A program made the translations under genes and the position numbers. From Mizuhopecten yessoensis (lineage: Eukaryota): a stretch of DNA of 64,000 bases. The notes under the pieces are model-generated. The model saw only the letters and a list, made by a program, of their open reading frames with translations, was not told the origin of the DNA and did not search any database. This document shows, piece by piece, positions 62,020-64,000 of the stretch (position 1 is its first letter; every line of letters begins with the position of its first letter). The stretch is from assembly GCF_002113885.1 (NCBI RefSeq), contig NW_018408516.1, forward strand, positions 317,234 to 381,233, read 5' to 3'.

Positions 62020-64000
62020 ATGCTTTTTAACAAATATAGTTGTTGCAAATCAGCCTCTGATTGGGAGGCATATCGTAACCATAGAAATCATGTGTCTAAA
62101 TTACGTAAACAATCTATGCGCAACCATTTTTTTGAACGCTGTGCAGGTGGTCCTAAATCAAAAGATTTCTGGCCCACCATTAAACCACTTTTTATCAAAT
62201 AAGGGCTCTGCACAATGCAATAATGTAATTTTAAAGGAAAATGAGGCCATTATCAGTGATCAAACAGAGGTCAGCAATGATTTTAATAATTTTTATGCAA
62301 ATGTTGCTTCTTATATTGGTACAGAAGATTCTTCTGATGAAACTATTTGAAAAGAGATTAGGGCACACAATAATGATCAGTCAGGGTTTTGTTTTAATCA
62401 TGACTCTCCTTTCGTGGTTGAAAAGGCTATCTCTAAGGTGAAGGCGAAGAAGGCCACTGGTATCGATGGCATATCTTCAAAACTCCTTAGAGCCTGTTGT
62501 ACTGACATCAGTGTGCCTCTGAGAGATATGATTAACTACTGTTTTGATAAATCAGGGTTCCCTTGCAGACTCAAGGAGGCACAGGTAGTTCCTGTTTTTA
62601 AGAAAAACGATATTTTAGATAAATAAAACTACCGACCAGTCAATATTTTACCTTGTATATCGAAATTTGTTGAAAGAACCATGTGTGATCAACTGACTGC
62701 CTTTTTTAATAATGTTTTTCATCCTTTCCTTGCAGCCTTCTGGTCAGAATTTGGGTGTCAATCCACCCTGTTGCGACTTGTTCGGCATTGGCGTAGAGTC
62801 CTGGACAACCATTAGTATGTCGCTACCATACTGATGGACCTTTTGACTGTCTTTTTCATAACTTGTTGGTCGGGAAGCTGGAGGCCTATGGCCTGAGCAA
62901 AGCCTCAGTTAACCTTGTGTCCAGCTACATGAGCAGCAGGAAGCAGCAGGTAAAAATTGGTTCCAAAAGCAGTGACTGGCTGGAAGTGCTGAAGGGGTAC
63001 CCCAGGGTTCTATTTTAGGACCCTTGCTTTTTAATTTATTTGTAAATTATGTGATTTTTTTTATATATGACATCCTGTAAATTATATAATAATACAGACG
63101 ACAACACTGTCAGTGAATCGAATAAAGACCCAGATGTTTTAAAACATAATATTGAAAATGACTGTCAAAATTGAATAGACTGGTTTAAATTAAACCAGAT
63201 GAAAGCAAACCCCGATACATTCCAGGCCATTTGTATAGGGAAACGTTCGGTAGATCTGCCATACAGTCTTTGAATATTGGCGAAATAGATATTGTTCCTG
63301 ACACTGTTGTCAAACTTTTAGGTGTGAACTTTGATTCATTTTTAACTTTGAAGCTCATATCTCCGAAATTTGCAGGAAAGCCTCAATGCAATTGTCCATT
63401 TTAAAGCGAATTGGGAGGTGTTTTTTTTCCAAACAAGGTAGACTTGTAATTTATAAAGCTAGCTAGAAAGCTAGAAAAGATACAAGAAAGAGCTTTAAGG
63501 TTTATACATAATGATCACAACTCATCCTTCCGACACTTACTCAGTATTACCAACAGCGACAGGATTCATGTAAGGCGTCTGAAGGAAATGGGTTGTGAGG
63601 ATTTTAAAATTATAAACAAAACTTCTCCTTAATATATTCATAATCTTGTAAATATTAAGATGGATAATTATGACTTCAGGAAAGAAAATACTGCAGAGGT
63701 CCCCAGGGTCAACACTGTGAAGTATGGAAATAACTCGTTTGCTTTTGAGGCCGCCCGGGTGTGGAACAGGCTCTCCCAAATGACTTCCGAAAAGTTGAAA
63801 ACTTCAAAGAATTCAGGAGGCTGGTCCATTCCTGGGATGGCCCGATCTGCCTTTGCAATATCTGCAAAGATTGATACTTCATACTGTGCCCTGGTTACCT
63901 CTGCCACCTGACATTTTGGGTTGTGTGATACTTTTATTGTCTTATTTCATTTCTTATATGTTTTGATTCTATTCTATACTTCTGCAGCATCTTATTTGTA
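62020..64000 (+). mobile_element. Degenerate LINE (L2/CR1-like) ORF2 and start of the 3' UTR
   Basis: WEAYRNHRNHV..., KKATGIDGISSKLL, VVPVFKK..YRPV, GVPQGSILGP (frameshifted), DDNT, LEKIQERAL and EVPRVNTVKYG. Multiple stops and frameshifts. Confidence 0.9.

Overview
AT-rich animal genomic DNA, probably from a mollusc or bivalve (inferred from the repeat families and gene family, not certain). It has spliceosomal introns, two assembly gaps, and no prokaryotic operons or CRISPR. (1) Positions ~2.9-48.3 kb hold a cluster of secreted three-exon chitin-binding genes (ChtBD2/peritrophin-A/CBM14-like, three domains each). Four have intact reading frames (22713-24216 +, 28765-30651 -, 31842-34361 +, 37410-48288 -), one copy is 5'-deleted (8166-9607 +), and two are orphan terminal exons. 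Part of the cluster arose from a ~9.8-kb tandem duplication present in about 2.2 copies. (2) Several non-LTR retrotransposons are present, including a near-intact CR1/L2-like LINE (10242-14619 -) with a 2A-like DIELNPGP motif and a ~130-bp flanking direct repeat. (3) A Penelope-like element (56193-~59730 +) has a Pro-rich/SGNH-esterase ORF1 that overlaps an ATG-less RT-GIY-YIG ORF2 at an in-phase U UUU UUU slippery site. At its 5' end it joins a 6.8-kb, 48-49-bp satellite through a perfect fold-back palindrome. At its 3' end are ten units of [26 nt of flanking DNA + (TAACCC)3]. This is the most unusual system in the window. (4) There are also several minisatellites, a tRNA-derived SINE, a MITE and old Penelope-like RT remnants. 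All coordinates were read by eye and may be off by a few bases at element boundaries.
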